Assembly (NCBI GenBank): GCA_030390025.1
Contig: CM059432.1
Location: forward strand, 116,934,001-116,998,000
Reading direction: 5' to 3'
DNA length: 64,000 bases
From: Squalus acanthias
Lineage: Eukaryota
Numbering within the stretch: the first letter of the stretch is position 1; each line of letters starts with the position of its first letter. The position numbers were made by a program, and so were the translations under genes. Below are positions 13,805 to 25,925 of the stretch, piece after piece. The notes under the pieces were generated by a model that saw nothing but the letters and a program-made list of their open reading frames with translations, was not told where the DNA came from and searched no databases.

Positions 13805-14752
13805 ATGGCAGTAGAGCTCGGACCTGTGTCATGCTCCTCCTGTAACATGTGGGAAATCAGGGACGCTTCCTGTGTCCCTGACAACCATGTGTGCGGGAAG
13901 TGTGTCCAGCTGCAGCTCATGTGGGACCGCATGACGGCCCTTGAGCTGCGGATGGACTCACTTTGGAGCATCCACGATTCTGAGAGGGTTGTGGATAGCA
14001 CATTTAGTGAGTTGGTCACACCGCAGGTTAAGGCCAGCGTAGATAGTACATGGGTGACCAAAAGGCAGAGCAAGGGCAGGAAGGTAGTGCAGAAATCCCC
14101 TGGGGTTGTCTCCCTTAGCAACAGGTTCACCGCCTTAGGTGCTGTTGTCGGGGGGGATGACTCATCGGGGGAAGGCACCAGCAGCCAGGCTCATGGCACC
14201 ATGACTGGCTCTGTTGCAAAGAAGGGAGGGAAAAAGAGTGGCAGGGCTATAGTAATAGGGGATTCGATTGTAAGGGGAATAGATAGGGGTTTCTGTGGTC
14301 GCGACCGAGACTCCAGGATGGTATGTTGCCTCCCTGGTGCAAGGGTCAAGGATGTCTCGGCGCGGGTGCAGAACATTCTGGAGGGGGAGGGGGAACAGCC
14401 AGTTGTCGTGATACATGTTGGTACCAACGACGTAGCTAAAAAAAGGGAAGAGGTCCTACAAGTAGAATTTAGGGAGTTAGGAGCCAAGCTAAAAAGTAGG
14501 ACCTCGAAGGTAGTAATCTCTGGATTACTACCAGTGCCACGTGCTAGTAAGAGTACAGAGAACAGGATAGTTAGGCTAAATACGTGGCTTGAGCAGTGGT
14601 GTAAGAGGGAGGGTTTTAAATTTTTGAGGCATTGGAACCAGTTTTGTGGTAGGTGTGACCTATACAAAAGGGACGGTCTACACCTGTGCAAAGATGGAAC
14701 TGATGTTCTCGGGGTAATTTTTGATAAAGCAGTTCGGGAGCATTTAAACTAG
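13805..14752 (+). CDS. CR1 ORF1p: Cys zinc finger, coiled coil and SGNH esterase domain
   Basis: Intact 315-aa ORF; CSSC..CGKC; GDSIVRG, HVGTND and DGLHL SGNH blocks. Confidence 0.93.
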   Translation: MAVELGPVSCSSCNMWEIRDASCVPDNHVCGKCVQLQLMWDRMTALELRMDSLWSIHDSERVVDSTFSELVTPQVKASVDSTWVTKRQSKGRKVVQKSPGVVSLSNRFTALGAVVGGDDSSGEGTSSQAHGTMTGSVAKKGGKKSGRAIVIGDSIVRGIDRGFCGRDRDSRMVCCLPGARVKDVSARVQNILEGEGEQPVVVIHVGTNDVAKKREEVLQVEFRELGAKLKSRTSKVVISGLLPVPRASKSTENRIVRLNTWLEQWCKREGFKFLRHWNQFCGRCDLYKRDGLHLCKDGTDVLGVIFDKAVREHLN

Positions 14753-17695
14753 TATGGCAGGGGGCTAGAAACCTATGTAGTGAAATAGAGGAAAGTGAAA
14801 GGCAGACAGAAATAAATGGTAAAAGGGTGAGGAACAAAAAACAAAGGGCCAAACTAATTCATAAAAAATGTGAGCATAAAAAAAGCCTGAGGGTTTTATA
14901 CCTTAATGCGAGAAGCATCAGGAACAAGGTAGATGAATTAGCTGTGGAAATAGAGGTTAATAATTATGATCTAATTGGGATTACGGAAACATGGTTGCAG
15001 GGTGAGCAGGGCTGGGAGCTTAACATACAGGGGTATTCAGTATTTAGGAAGGATCGACAAAAAAGAAAGGGAGGAGGGGTAGCATTGCTGGTAAAAGAGG
15101 GGATAAATGCAATTGAAAGGAAGGATATTAACTCAGTTAATACAGAATCTATATGGGTGGAGCTAAGAAATAGCGAGGGGCGAAAAACATTAATAGGAGT
15201 GGTATATAGGCCTCCAAATAGCAAAATAGAGGTTGGGGAGGGCATCAAGAGGGAAATTAGAGAAGCGTGCAATAAGAGCACAGCTGTCATCATAGGTGAC
15301 TTTAACTTACATATAGATTGGACTAGCCTAATCAGTAAAAATAATGAGGAGGAGGAATTCCTTGAGTGTTTAAGGGATGGTTATCTGGATCAATATGTCA
15401 AGGAACCAACTCGGGAACAGGCTATATTGGACTGGGTACTGTGCAATGAGAAGGGACTAATTAGTAATCTTGTTGTACGGGGACCCTTGGGTCAGAGCGA
15501 TCATAACATGATCGATTTCTCACTCGAAATGGAGAGCGAAGAAATTGACTCAGAGACTAAGGTCCTGAATTTAAACAAGGGGAATTATGATGCCATTAGA
15601 CGGGAACTGAGTAGGTCTGATTGGACAACGTTCCTGGGAGGACTGGAGGTAGATAAACAATGGCAAGCATTTAAAGATAGAATGACAAAATTGCAAAAAT
15701 TGTTTATACCAATCTGGCATAAAAGGAAATCTAAAAAGGTGACTCAACCGTGGATAACAGGGGAAATTAGAGACAGCATAAAATCCAAAGATAGGGCGTA
15801 TAAAATAGCCAAAAAAAGCGCCAGAGCGGAAGATTGGGAACAGTTTAAGATAGAGCAAAGGAGGACAAAGGGCTTAATCAAGAGGGGCAAAATAGCTTAC
15901 GAAAGCAAGCTGGTGGAAAATATAAAAACTAACTCCAAAAGCTTTTATAAGTATATCAAGAGGAAAAGACTGGTGAAAACCAAAGTTGGTCCATTGCAGT
16001 CAGATACGGGGGAATATATAACGGGAAATAAGGAAATGGCAGACCAACTAAATGCATACTTTGGGTCAGTCTTTACGAAGGAAGACACAAAAAACCTCCC
16101 TGGGATATCGGGAAAAATAGGGACATTGGCAAAGGAGGAACTGACGCAAATCAATATCTCTAAGGATATGGTGTTAAGGAAGCTAAAGGGATTGAAGGCG
16201 GACAAATCCCCAGGGCCTGATAACATGCATCCTAGGGTACTGAAGGAGGTGGCCCTAGAGATAGCGGATGCACTAAGCATGATTTTTCAGAATTCATTAG
16301 ACTCGGGAACAGTGCCCATGGATTGGAGGGTAGCTAACGTTACCCCACTATTCAAAAAGGGGGGTAGGGAAAAAGCAGGTAATTACAGACCTGTAAGCCT
16401 TACATCAGTTGTGGGCAAAATGCTGGAGTCCATCATTAAGGATGAAATAGCGGAGCACTTAGCAAATGGGGACAGGATAGGACAGAGTCAACATGGATTT
16501 ACAAAGGGTAAATCGTGCTTGACTAATCTATTGGAATTTTTTGAGGGAGTAACTGGTAAAATAGATGGGGGAGAGCCAGTAGATGTGGTGTACCTGGACT
16601 TCCAAAAGGCCTTCGATAAGGTCCCACATAAAAGATTAGCATGGAAAATTGAAGCTCATGGGATAAAGGGGAAAGTATTGACGTGGATAGAGAACTGGCT
16701 GTCAGATAGAAAACAGAGAGTTGGAATAAACAGCTCATTTTCTGAATGGCAGGCAGTAACAAGTGGGGTACCACAGGGATCTGTCCTGGGTCCCCAGCTG
16801 TTCACAATTTACATTAATGACCTGGATCAGGGAGTCGGATGCAGCATTTCCAAATTTGCAGACGACACTAAACTAGGAGGGGGGGGTGGGCTCAGAGGAG
16901 GAGACCAGGAAGCTCCAGAGCGATTTGGACAGACTGGGTGATTGGGCGGATAAATGGCAGATGCACTATAATGTGGACAAGTGCGAAGTTATCCACCTTG
17001 GGTGCAGGAACGGGAGGGCAAATTATTATTTAAATGGCAATAAATTGGGAGAGGGGGAAGTACAGAGAGACCTGGGTGTTCTTGTACACCAGTCACTGAA
17101 GGCGAGCATGCAGGTGCAACAGGCGGTCAAGAAGGCAAACGGTATGCTGGCCTTCATAGCAAAAGGGTTGGAATACAGGAACAGGGATACCTTGCTGCAG
17201 CTGTACAGGGCACTGGTGAGACCACACCTCGAGTACTGTGTACAGTTTTGGTCGCCTCATCTGAGGAAAGATGTTCTTGCCATGGAGGGGGTGCAGCGGC
17301 GATTCACCAGGCTGATACCAGGAATGGCGGGATTGACCTATGAGGAGAGACTATGTAGTTTAGGGATGTACACACTGGAGTTTAGAAGATTGAGAGGGGA
17401 CCTCATAGAAGTGTATAAAATTCTGACAGGTCTAGACAGACTAGATGCAGAAGGAATGTTTCCCTTGGCGGGTGAGAACAGAACTAGAGGACATAATTTA
17501 AGGATAAGGGCTAAACCATTTAGGACAGAAATGAGGGGGAATTTCTTCACTCAGAGGGTGGTGAACCTGTGGAACTCATTGCCACAGAGGGCAGTGTACG
17601 CCAGCTCATTAAATATATTTAAGAGGGAATTAGATATATTTCTACAGGCGAAAGGGGTTAAGGGTTACGGAGAGAAGGCGGGGACAGGATACTGA
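14749..17695 (+). CDS. CR1 ORF2p (APE endonuclease + reverse transcriptase), with one +1 frameshift in a G8 run at 16879-16886
   Basis: YLNARS, GITETW, GDFN, SDH (endonuclease); [27 protein letters not shown] (RT); frame open from 14749; continues in ORF 16886-17695. Confidence 0.9.
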
Positions 17696-18519
17696 ATTGG
17701 AAGATCAGCCATGATCTCATTAAATGGCGGAGCAGGCTCGAAGGGCCGGATGGCCTACTCCTGCTCCTATCTTCTATGTATCTATGTATGTATTAAGTCT
17801 TGCCAGCGTCAGCGGCTGTTTCTGAAAGAACATGCAAGAGTGCTTCTTAATTAGTTAAACCGCCGCCTAACTGAGAATGCGGAGTGGGACAGTTAAACTG
17901 TGAAGTGCACAGTTTCAGGAGAAAAGGAAGGAAAGTGCAGACAGAGGAAACTGATTTGCAGGTGAAGATCTTCGGGTCACAGTCGATGGTGAGAGGCTCA
18001 GGAGATCTGGAGCCAATTCTCTGCTTGGTGAGAATGTTCTCACCAGCATTAATGATGGAAGTGGGGATTGGAAAACCCCAACTTCGAGTGACAAAGCCGA
18101 GTTCACACTTCAAAAGTGCACTGTGCAGTTTTATGGCCAGTCTTCAATGCTGGTGTATAGTGTACACATATGTAAGCTTAATGCATAGAAGTGTGGACCC
18201 ATAGAACAAATCTTACCATGCTGCCTACAAAACAGCTCTAAAATTAATGCTTAAAAAGAACCATATAAGTCTTCGGTACAGAAGGAGGCCATTCAGCCCA
18301 CCGTGTCTGTGCTAGAGCAATTTAATACTAATCCAACTGCCCTGCTCTCTCTCTCCATAGCTCTCTTGCTTCCTCTGCTACAAATGTTTATCTACTCTTT
18401 CTTTAAATGATGCAATGTGGTCTCTGCCTTAGCTTCTCCCTGCGACCAAGCATTCCGTGCACCAATAACCCTCTGCATAATGACATTTCTCTTAACCTCT
18501 CTCATCACTTAATAATCAT

Positions 18520-19070
18520 TATAAGCCATCTACAAGGCACAAGTAAGGAGTGTGATGGAATACTCTCCACTTGCCTGGATGAGTGCAGCTCCAACAACAC
18601 TCAAGAAGCTCGACACCATCCAGGACAAAGCAGCCCGTTTGATTGGCACTCCATCCACGACCTTAAACATTCACTCCCTCCACCACCGGCGTACTGTAGC
18701 TGCAGTGTGTACCATCTACAAGATGCACTGCAGCAACCCGCCAAGGCTCCTTTGGCGGCACCTCCCAAACCCACGACCTCTTCCACCTAGAAGGACAAGG
18801 GCAGCAGGCGCATGAAAACACCACCACCTCCAAGTTCCCCTCCAAAGTCACACACCATCCTGACTTGGAAGTATATCGCCGTTCCTTCATCGTCGCTGGG
18901 TCAAAATCCTGGAACTCCCTCCCTAACAGCACTGTGGGAGTACCTTCACCACACAGACTGCAGCGGTTCAAGAAGGCGGCTCACCACCACCTTCTCAAGG
19001 GCAATTAGGGATGGGCAATAAATACTGGCTTTGCCAGCGATGCCCACATCCCATGAATGAATAAAAAAAA
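18520..19070 (+). mobile_element. 3' fragment of a second non-LTR retrotransposon family (clade uncertain)
   Basis: IYKAQVRSVMEYSPLAW...LDTIQDKAARLI...SLHHRR RT C-terminal motif; ends ATGAATGAATAAAAAAAA. Confidence 0.8.
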
Positions 19071-21659
19071 TTGATGACTCCCCATTTTGAACCTATCAAG
19101 GCTCTTAATGATTTTAAAATCTCTATTAGCTTTCTATGCTTCAGTGTAAATTGTCCCAGAATCTCAAATCTCTGCCCTTAACTATACCACCCCGGTATTG
19201 TCCTGGAGAATCTATGCTGTACGCACTCTAAGATTTTTAATGTCCCTTCCCACATTACAACAGCAACTCCACTTCAAAAGTACTTCATTGGCTGTAAAGC
19301 GCTTTGAGACGTCCGGTGGTCGTGAAAAGCGCTATATAAATGCAAGGCTTTCTTTCTTTTCTTTCTTTCTATAAGGGGCCTTACATGTCAATGCACTGTC
19401 TGTGATGTATTTGTGCAATGCTAGTCTAACACTAAATAGGTATTCTTACAAAAAAAGGCAGCAGACAAAAGAAGGCGCTGACTGCAGAAGGCAGGAGTGT
19501 CTCAGCAGACCGACCCCTCTTCGAAACAGTCAGCGGATGGGAGGCACATAACTGGGCGGCGAGGAACACACTCCTGGTTTGTTCAATAGAAATCACGATG
19601 TATTTGTGTTTCAACAGGTGTGAAACAATGAATCTGGTGCACGTTGAAATGTGTCGTGTATGCTTTGTCCAACCACCAATGTGGCCAAGTACGCATATGA
19701 ACTTATCGTGTGGCTTTTCCTTCTTGTTATTGGAGCAGAAAGCTGGGTCCTCTCGATAATGAGTGTCACCGCAAGACTCAGTGCCATCCTCACTTGAAGC
19801 AGGCACCAGTTTAGAGATAAGGCAGTAGATGTTAAACCCCTGCCTGGCGGGAACGGTGGGGGTGGGGGAAGTTAAGATGGTGGGAGGGCCGCTCTGGATT
19901 CCCAACGTGTTCCCGCCCCTCACCATCTTAACTCACCTGAGAACCGGCACGGGAAGGGTGCTTGCCCTCAGCAGGCGAGGGCCTACTTTACATTGGAAAG
20001 TTGTGGGCCGTGCCATCATTGGCTCGCCATAAGGGCATTTTCACTTCTGGATTCAGGAGGCCCGCACAGGGACAACTCTGATAGCCAAACCACGGTGGGA
20101 ATTGTAGAGTGGCCAGAAGAGGTCATGGTAAATTTAGAAATGTTAACTTTTGTGGAAGCCTTGTAGGCCAGGAGGAGCAGGAGTGATTCCCCAGGCCCTG
20201 CAAGGTGTCCTTAGGCCTCCCCAGTCCCAGCGCCTGTATCAGCTGCTAACTCATCTCCCCAGCACTAACTTTATGCCTGGGTCAATTCCATTGGGTCCCC
20301 ATTGTCCTTGGGCTCCCATTCATTGGGACTGTCCTGCTTTATTCAAATGAGTCCTGGGAGTTAAAATGGCCCAGGTCTCCCCTGAGCTCCTCGCGGGGGG
20401 TTTCTCTCCTGCCCCGCAACACTGCCAGCACCAAAGTTAAAATCGACTTCATGGGAGCTGAAATTCAGTGGCGGTTCCACTAGTGAAGTTAAGGTAGTAG
20501 GCTGGTGTAGACTGGTGCACCCAGGTGGAATTTCAACTCCGAGCATTCTAGAGGGTTTCACAGACTTAGAGGAAGAATCACTTCACATGGACGTGGAAGG
20601 GGCGAGGTGGGGGCTGAAGAAGGACTCTCTGCTGCTGAGTAGAGGCCTAGCGTTGCCATGGTTCCTGTTGAGTTGCTTTTTGAGTAAGACCACATGGATC
20701 CCGTTGTGAAATGGCGGTTAATTCAGCAGCACAAATAGGTGCACTGGCTATTTGCCTCCTAGCAGAGCACAAAGCAAACTAGGTTCACTACAGCTGCCAG
20801 TCAGTTGAGCAGTGTTGTACGGCAAAGGTTCTGTAGTCTACAGACTAGCAGGTATTGGTGACATCTGCAGGGGGAATCTCAGAAACACAGGTGATAAGCA
20901 CAGTTGGAGTATCTCTGAGGAACGATGCCATTCATACAGTTGAGGCATCGGAGTCCAAAATCTAAGACACAATTAAAAATCAGCTTCAATATGCTTGGAG
21001 ACCTACTCCAGAGAACCATAAGCTGAGATTTCGTGGCAATGCGATGGGTCTGCGTTTGGCGAGATTAGTGGCCAAAATAAAGATTCAGCCCCCAACCGGG
21101 GCGTATGGACTCACGCAGGTAAACAGGTGAGTGGCTGTTTGTGGGAGCTTGCTGTGTGCAAATTGGCTGTCACGCTTCCTACATTACAGCAGTGAATACA
21201 CCTCAAAAAGTACTTTATTGACTGTAAAGCACTTTGGAACGTCCTGAGGTTGTGAAAGGCGCTATAGAAATGCAAGTTCTTTCTTTCTTTTCACTGCCAG
21301 TCCCTTGTCTACATATGTCTTTGAGCACCTGACACAAAGCAAGCAGGGCCCTAAAATGCAATGGGTCATTTCTGGCACAGATATAAAAGAATCAGGGTCT
21401 GCAACACAGAGAGGTCTTGGCCAGCTGAATCAAAAGCAGGTCATCAACAGAGCTCTCAGGAAGCTTCTGCACATGTTCTTTCCAATAGCACATCAGAATG
21501 ATTGCAAATACAGGCTGCACATTCAACAATTATTTTTAATAAAGACACCACCATTAAATTTGTCAATATGTCTTTGGAAATTTATCTTTTCTAGACAAAC
21601 AATAGCAATAATGAAAGGTTAGTTGTAAAGAACATCAAATGAAATGTAAAAGCAGCTGA

Positions 21660-22340
21660 AGCTATTTGCTGAGAGTGTGGGCACGTTTTGGGAAGGCAAC
21701 TGCCAACCTGTTACCACTTTGGAATAAATGGGGAACTCATTGTTCCCTTAAGATCTATGCATTGTAGACACTCCCTGGAAACTGTGTGATGACAGGCAGA
21801 GTTCTTTGATGGTAGGCAATCATAGAGTGGTATCTTTTTGGTTAATGAATGCCATGGGTGTTGAACAGCTTCTTGCATAGCCACATGGATGCAGTTTGTG
21901 GTACCCTGCACCATGGGAATGTCACATATTTCAGAAAAAGCTGTGTGTTTCTCTTTTTGCACCCGGCTCTTGAATTTAGTGTATTCACCACCATTTTGTT
22001 ACTGGCCATCTGTGACCTTGGTTATGCAGCGATGAACTGTAAACTGGCTGATCATTGTCAAGTCTCCTAACAATTGGCCAGTGCCTTGAAGTTGAGTGCT
22101 TTTGTGACTTTTATTGCTACTTTAGCCTAGTAGTGATGTTGCTTTGTGGTCTGTTCCAGGAGATGGCAAGTTCGTGATTGGCTTTGCCAGGGAGGCATAG
22201 TCTCCTTGAACTTTGTTCCTCCATCAATTTGAGGTATGTGGCATTGGTATACATGTTGCCATGGGTAGTAGCATGTCCTGGTAGTCTATCCGCAGTGGCC
22301 ATGAACTTCCTTAACCCACTTATGTTGCTCCTCCTCTTCC
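21660..22340 (-). pseudogene. Old Harbinger transposase remnant
   Basis: IPMVQGTTNCIHVA resembles FPMVQGAIDCTHVA; heavily disrupted. Confidence 0.6.
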
Positions 22341-22761
22341 TCCAACAAGTTTATTATTAGGAAGCTTGCTGATGCATTCATATACATGTTTGGACTGAAA
22401 AAGTTGAGCAGCACCTTTTAATATGCGCTTCACTTCTCTATGCTGGACCTTTGATGACTTCCTCTGCTACCTAACGATAACAAAAACTACTTGCATTTAT
22501 ATAGTGCCTTTAATAAAGAAAAACGGCAGAAGGCCCTTCACAAAGGCATAATCAGAAAAATGGACGCCGAGCCAAGAAGAAGATTTTAGGAGGGGTGAAG
22601 AAAAGTTTGCTTAGCCTTACCTCAGGGGCAGCACACTTGCCTCTAAATAGCACTCTTATTTCAGAATCAGAAGGTTGTGGGTTCAAGCGCTGCTGCATAG
22701 ACTATGGCACATCATCTAGACTGACACAGTACATTACTGAGGGATATCTGTACTGTTGGAA

Positions 22762-24775
22762 TGAAGGGATAATTACTAGTCTTAGCCCTTTTCGGGCTAC
22801 CCTGGATCAGGCGTATTCCCCAGACATTCACCTTCAACTAAAGTTAGAGGTAGCCGAATCCTAAAGACGCTTAATTGGGTTTAAAGGTCCAGACTATCTC
22901 TCCCTAAAGGAAAGGAACGACTTGAAGATGTTACTGTCCTCCAGATAGCACTTTTAATAAGTTTAACTAGACTGTAACCTTCCGGATATTATGAGGGTCC
23001 GGAAAACTCCCCCAGAATTCTGCAACTCCTCACCAAAGAGTGTACAGAGATTTCAAAATCCTATCTTTATACCCTTTTTTCAGTGGTATATCCTTTGAAG
23101 TTTTCTGCTGATGTAAGCTAATTATCTCTAGTTATATTTCTGTTGACTGCTTTCTATTCTTACTGTCAGTTCAGCTGTTAGCTTAAGAATTATGTCTCCT
23201 CCTTTAGGTGTTCAAAACTTATCATAAAAAACGGTTATAACAGATGTATCTTTTTGATGCCATTCTTACGAAGGTCTTCTATTCAATTCTTAAATTACCT
23301 CAGCTGGTTATAAGCAGACGTTGTGTCTCCTAACTGTTCCAAGTTTAACACATAAACAATGTGATTGCTTGGTGCATCTATTGATGTCATATTTATGAAA
23401 GTCTTCTGTTTGTACCTTTTTACAAAATGTAAATTATAAACACTTCAACCGAGTACATGATTGTCTTCCTAGATACTTCAATTGGTTGTATTAAGAATTA
23501 TGGGGGAGAAATTCAGTATCACCCCATTTGGGGCGCAATTATCGGCCGGGCGCAAAGATTAGCGCCTGGCGCTAATTATCGCCACCGACTGCAAACTTGA
23601 CTTTTATCGCCCCTGGAGGTGATTGGAGCGCTAAATCAGGCGCTTCACACCTGTCTTAAGGCGCAAAGGCCGAGGAGCGAGGCGCTACCTCAGAGCGCTG
23701 GCGAAGCTCATGTAATGTCAGTCAGCAATGGAACACACACACAATGGCACGGGCCAGTTCTTAAAGGGGATGGTTAATCTTGCTTTCCATCCACATCCTG
23801 CTCATTGCAGCCTTGAATCTCGGCCTGGAGAGACCTGCACATCAAATCTGCTGGAAAGAACAATGGAGAGTACCAGGCAAAGAGCTCAGAGTGCAGCCCC
23901 CACAGTCTCTTCTAAATCGATACAAGGAATGGCAAATCAAAATGAACCTGCAAAGTGCTGCTCAGTACCCAAAACTCCTTCACACAACGTTGAATCTCTC
24001 CAGAAGTCTCTCCCTCTCTCTCTCAGAATGCATAGTTCAAAAATGGCACCAACAATAAAAGGCAGGAAGCGGTCCCCTTTAAATAGCGCTCCCCCTTTCC
24101 CTTCATGACTGCAGAACGCTCCCCTCAACCTGTCGTTGCTAGCGTCAGGTGGTAAGGCAGGGGGCGCCACTCAATATCCGCTCCGGGGCGATACCGGGGC
24201 GTTGCGCACTCGACTGACGTCACGATCTGCCGGTGCAGGAGATCATGGCGGTAGTGTTTAGCGCCGCCGCAAAATGTCTAGTTAATTTCGCGAGCGGCGC
24301 AAACTTCGCCACGCCTGGGTGCTAGATGCTTTGCGCCCCATTAGCGCCCTCTTAAGGCGCTAACGGGAGGTGCAACCAACTGAATTTTTCCCCCTATGTC
24401 TCCTGTTTCATTTGATGTCATATTTATGAAGACATATGTTTCTTTAATGTTCTGTGTTTCTGTTCGAAGTGTTAGTTTATAACACTTTAAACTGGGTATA
24501 GCTATTGTGTTCTTTCCAAACTGTAGACTTCTTGGAAGCTCCAACCCTTTGCTTCAATAGGGCCATTGTCTCAGTGTCAACAACCAATTCCCATTTTAAA
24601 AGCTTGTATGGTGTTTACAGCTTTGTGTTAACAACTCATCTTATCTCAGAAGCCTATATTTACAGCTTTGTGTCATTGAGGCTGTTAGATTTTTAAACCC
24701 TGTTTGTCATGTTTTAATAATCAAAATTCTTTCATAGGATGGGGTATTTTTCTGAAATATGGCTATTCCTTTACA
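22762..24775 (-). mobile_element. Solo LTR related to the foamy-like provirus (~1.12 kb net), interrupted by a Harbinger derivative
   Basis: On minus strand TGTAAAGGAATAGCCATA...ACTAGTAATTATCCCTTCA, matching both ends of LTR 38711-39844; TSD GGAA. Confidence 0.9.
23502..24394 (+). mobile_element. 893-bp Harbinger deletion derivative, copy 2
   Basis: Same TIRs and length as 8896-9788; TSD TAT. Confidence 0.92.
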
Positions 24776-24952
24776 GGAAGTACTGTCTTTCAGATGAGAT
24801 ATTAAACCAAGATCCTGTCTGCCAAGGAGGGAGAGGGGTTAAGGTAAGGAATTCCAGAGAGTTGGGCCTAGATGATTGAAAGGACGGCCACCAATGATGT
24901 TGTGAAGGGAGGGAAAACCACAAGCGGTCAGATTCAGAGGTAGTGAGAGTTA

Positions 24953-25365
24953 AGAACATAAGAACATAAGAAATAGGAGCAGGAGTAGGCCATTTGGCCC
25001 TTCGAGCCTTCTCCGCCATTCAGTAACATTATGGTTGATCTTCTACCTCATCTCCACTTTCCTGCACTATCCCCATGTCCCTTGATTCCCTTAATATTCA
25101 AAAATCTATCGATTTCTGTCTTGAATATACTCAACGACTGAGCCTCCACAACCCTCTGGGGTAGAGAATTCCAAAGATTCACCACCCTCTGAGTGAAGAA
25201 ATTTCTCCTCATCTCAGTCCTAAATGGCTGACCCCTTATTCTGAGACTGTGACCCCTGGTTCTAGACTCCCCAGCCAGAGAAACATCCTCCCTGCATCTA
25301 GCCTGTCAAGCCCTGCAAGAATTTTGTATATTTCAATTTGATCACCTCTCATCCTTCTAAACTTT
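24953..25365 (-). mobile_element. CR1 3' fragment
   Basis: FRRMRGDQIEIYKILAGLDRLDAGRMF; (TAAGAACA)n tail on plus strand. Confidence 0.85.
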
Positions 25366-25369
25366 AGTT

Positions 25370-25900
25370 GTGAGGGGTTGCAGGGCTGGAGCAGGTTACA
25401 GAAATAGGGAGGAACAGTGAAGGAATTTAAGCACGAGGGATGAGAATTGGTGTATCTGGAGCCAATGGAAGTCAGCAAGGGCAGGGGTGATGGATGAGCA
25501 GGATTTGGTGCTGGATGGGATATGGGCAGCAGAGTTTTGGATGAGCTGAAATTTACAGCACGTGAAGGATAATAAGCCTACCAGGAGAGCACTGGAATAA
25601 TTGAGTCTGAAAGGGACAAAGGGATGGACATGGATGGCAGCATCTGGTGGGCTGAGGTAGGAGTGAAGGCAGGTGAGGTTGTGAATATTTCAGCCTGAGA
25701 CATTGGCTGGCAAGGGTGATGGAATCTGTGTCAAGGTTATGGATATTGTGGTGGGGGCCAAAGATGGTGGCTTTGGGTCTTCCCAATATTTAATTGGAGG
25801 AAATTGTGGCTCATCAAAGACTGGATGCCGGGCAAGCAGCCTGACAGCAGTCGAGGGATCGCGAGTGGTGGTGGTGCAGGTCGACCTCGGTGCCATCAGT
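25370..25900 (-). mobile_element. Degraded L2-like LINE fragment
   Basis: Similar, in opposite orientation, to the L2-like remnant at 33390-34060. Confidence 0.55.
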
Positions 25901-25925
25901 GTACGTGTGGAACCTGATCTCATGA

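Larger units (their letters stand above)
13765..17791 (+). mobile_element. Near full-length CR1-clade LINE
   Basis: ORF1, ORF2, short 3'UTR and (CTATGTAT)-type microsatellite tail; possible ATTAA duplication at both ends. Confidence 0.95.
22620..24825 (+). mobile_element. Deu-type SINE split by the foamy-like solo LTR
   Basis: tRNA-like head AGAAGGTTGTGGGTTCAAG and Deu-like core before 22762, resuming GTCTTTCAGATGAGATATTAAACC after 24779. Confidence 0.6.

Noticed and set aside
14191..17550. Antisense ORFs over the CR1 element
   Set aside because: Shadow frames of the coding strand with no independent motifs.
19432..19926. 164-aa minus-strand ORF
   Set aside because: No recognisable domain; begins inside a MITE-like repeat.
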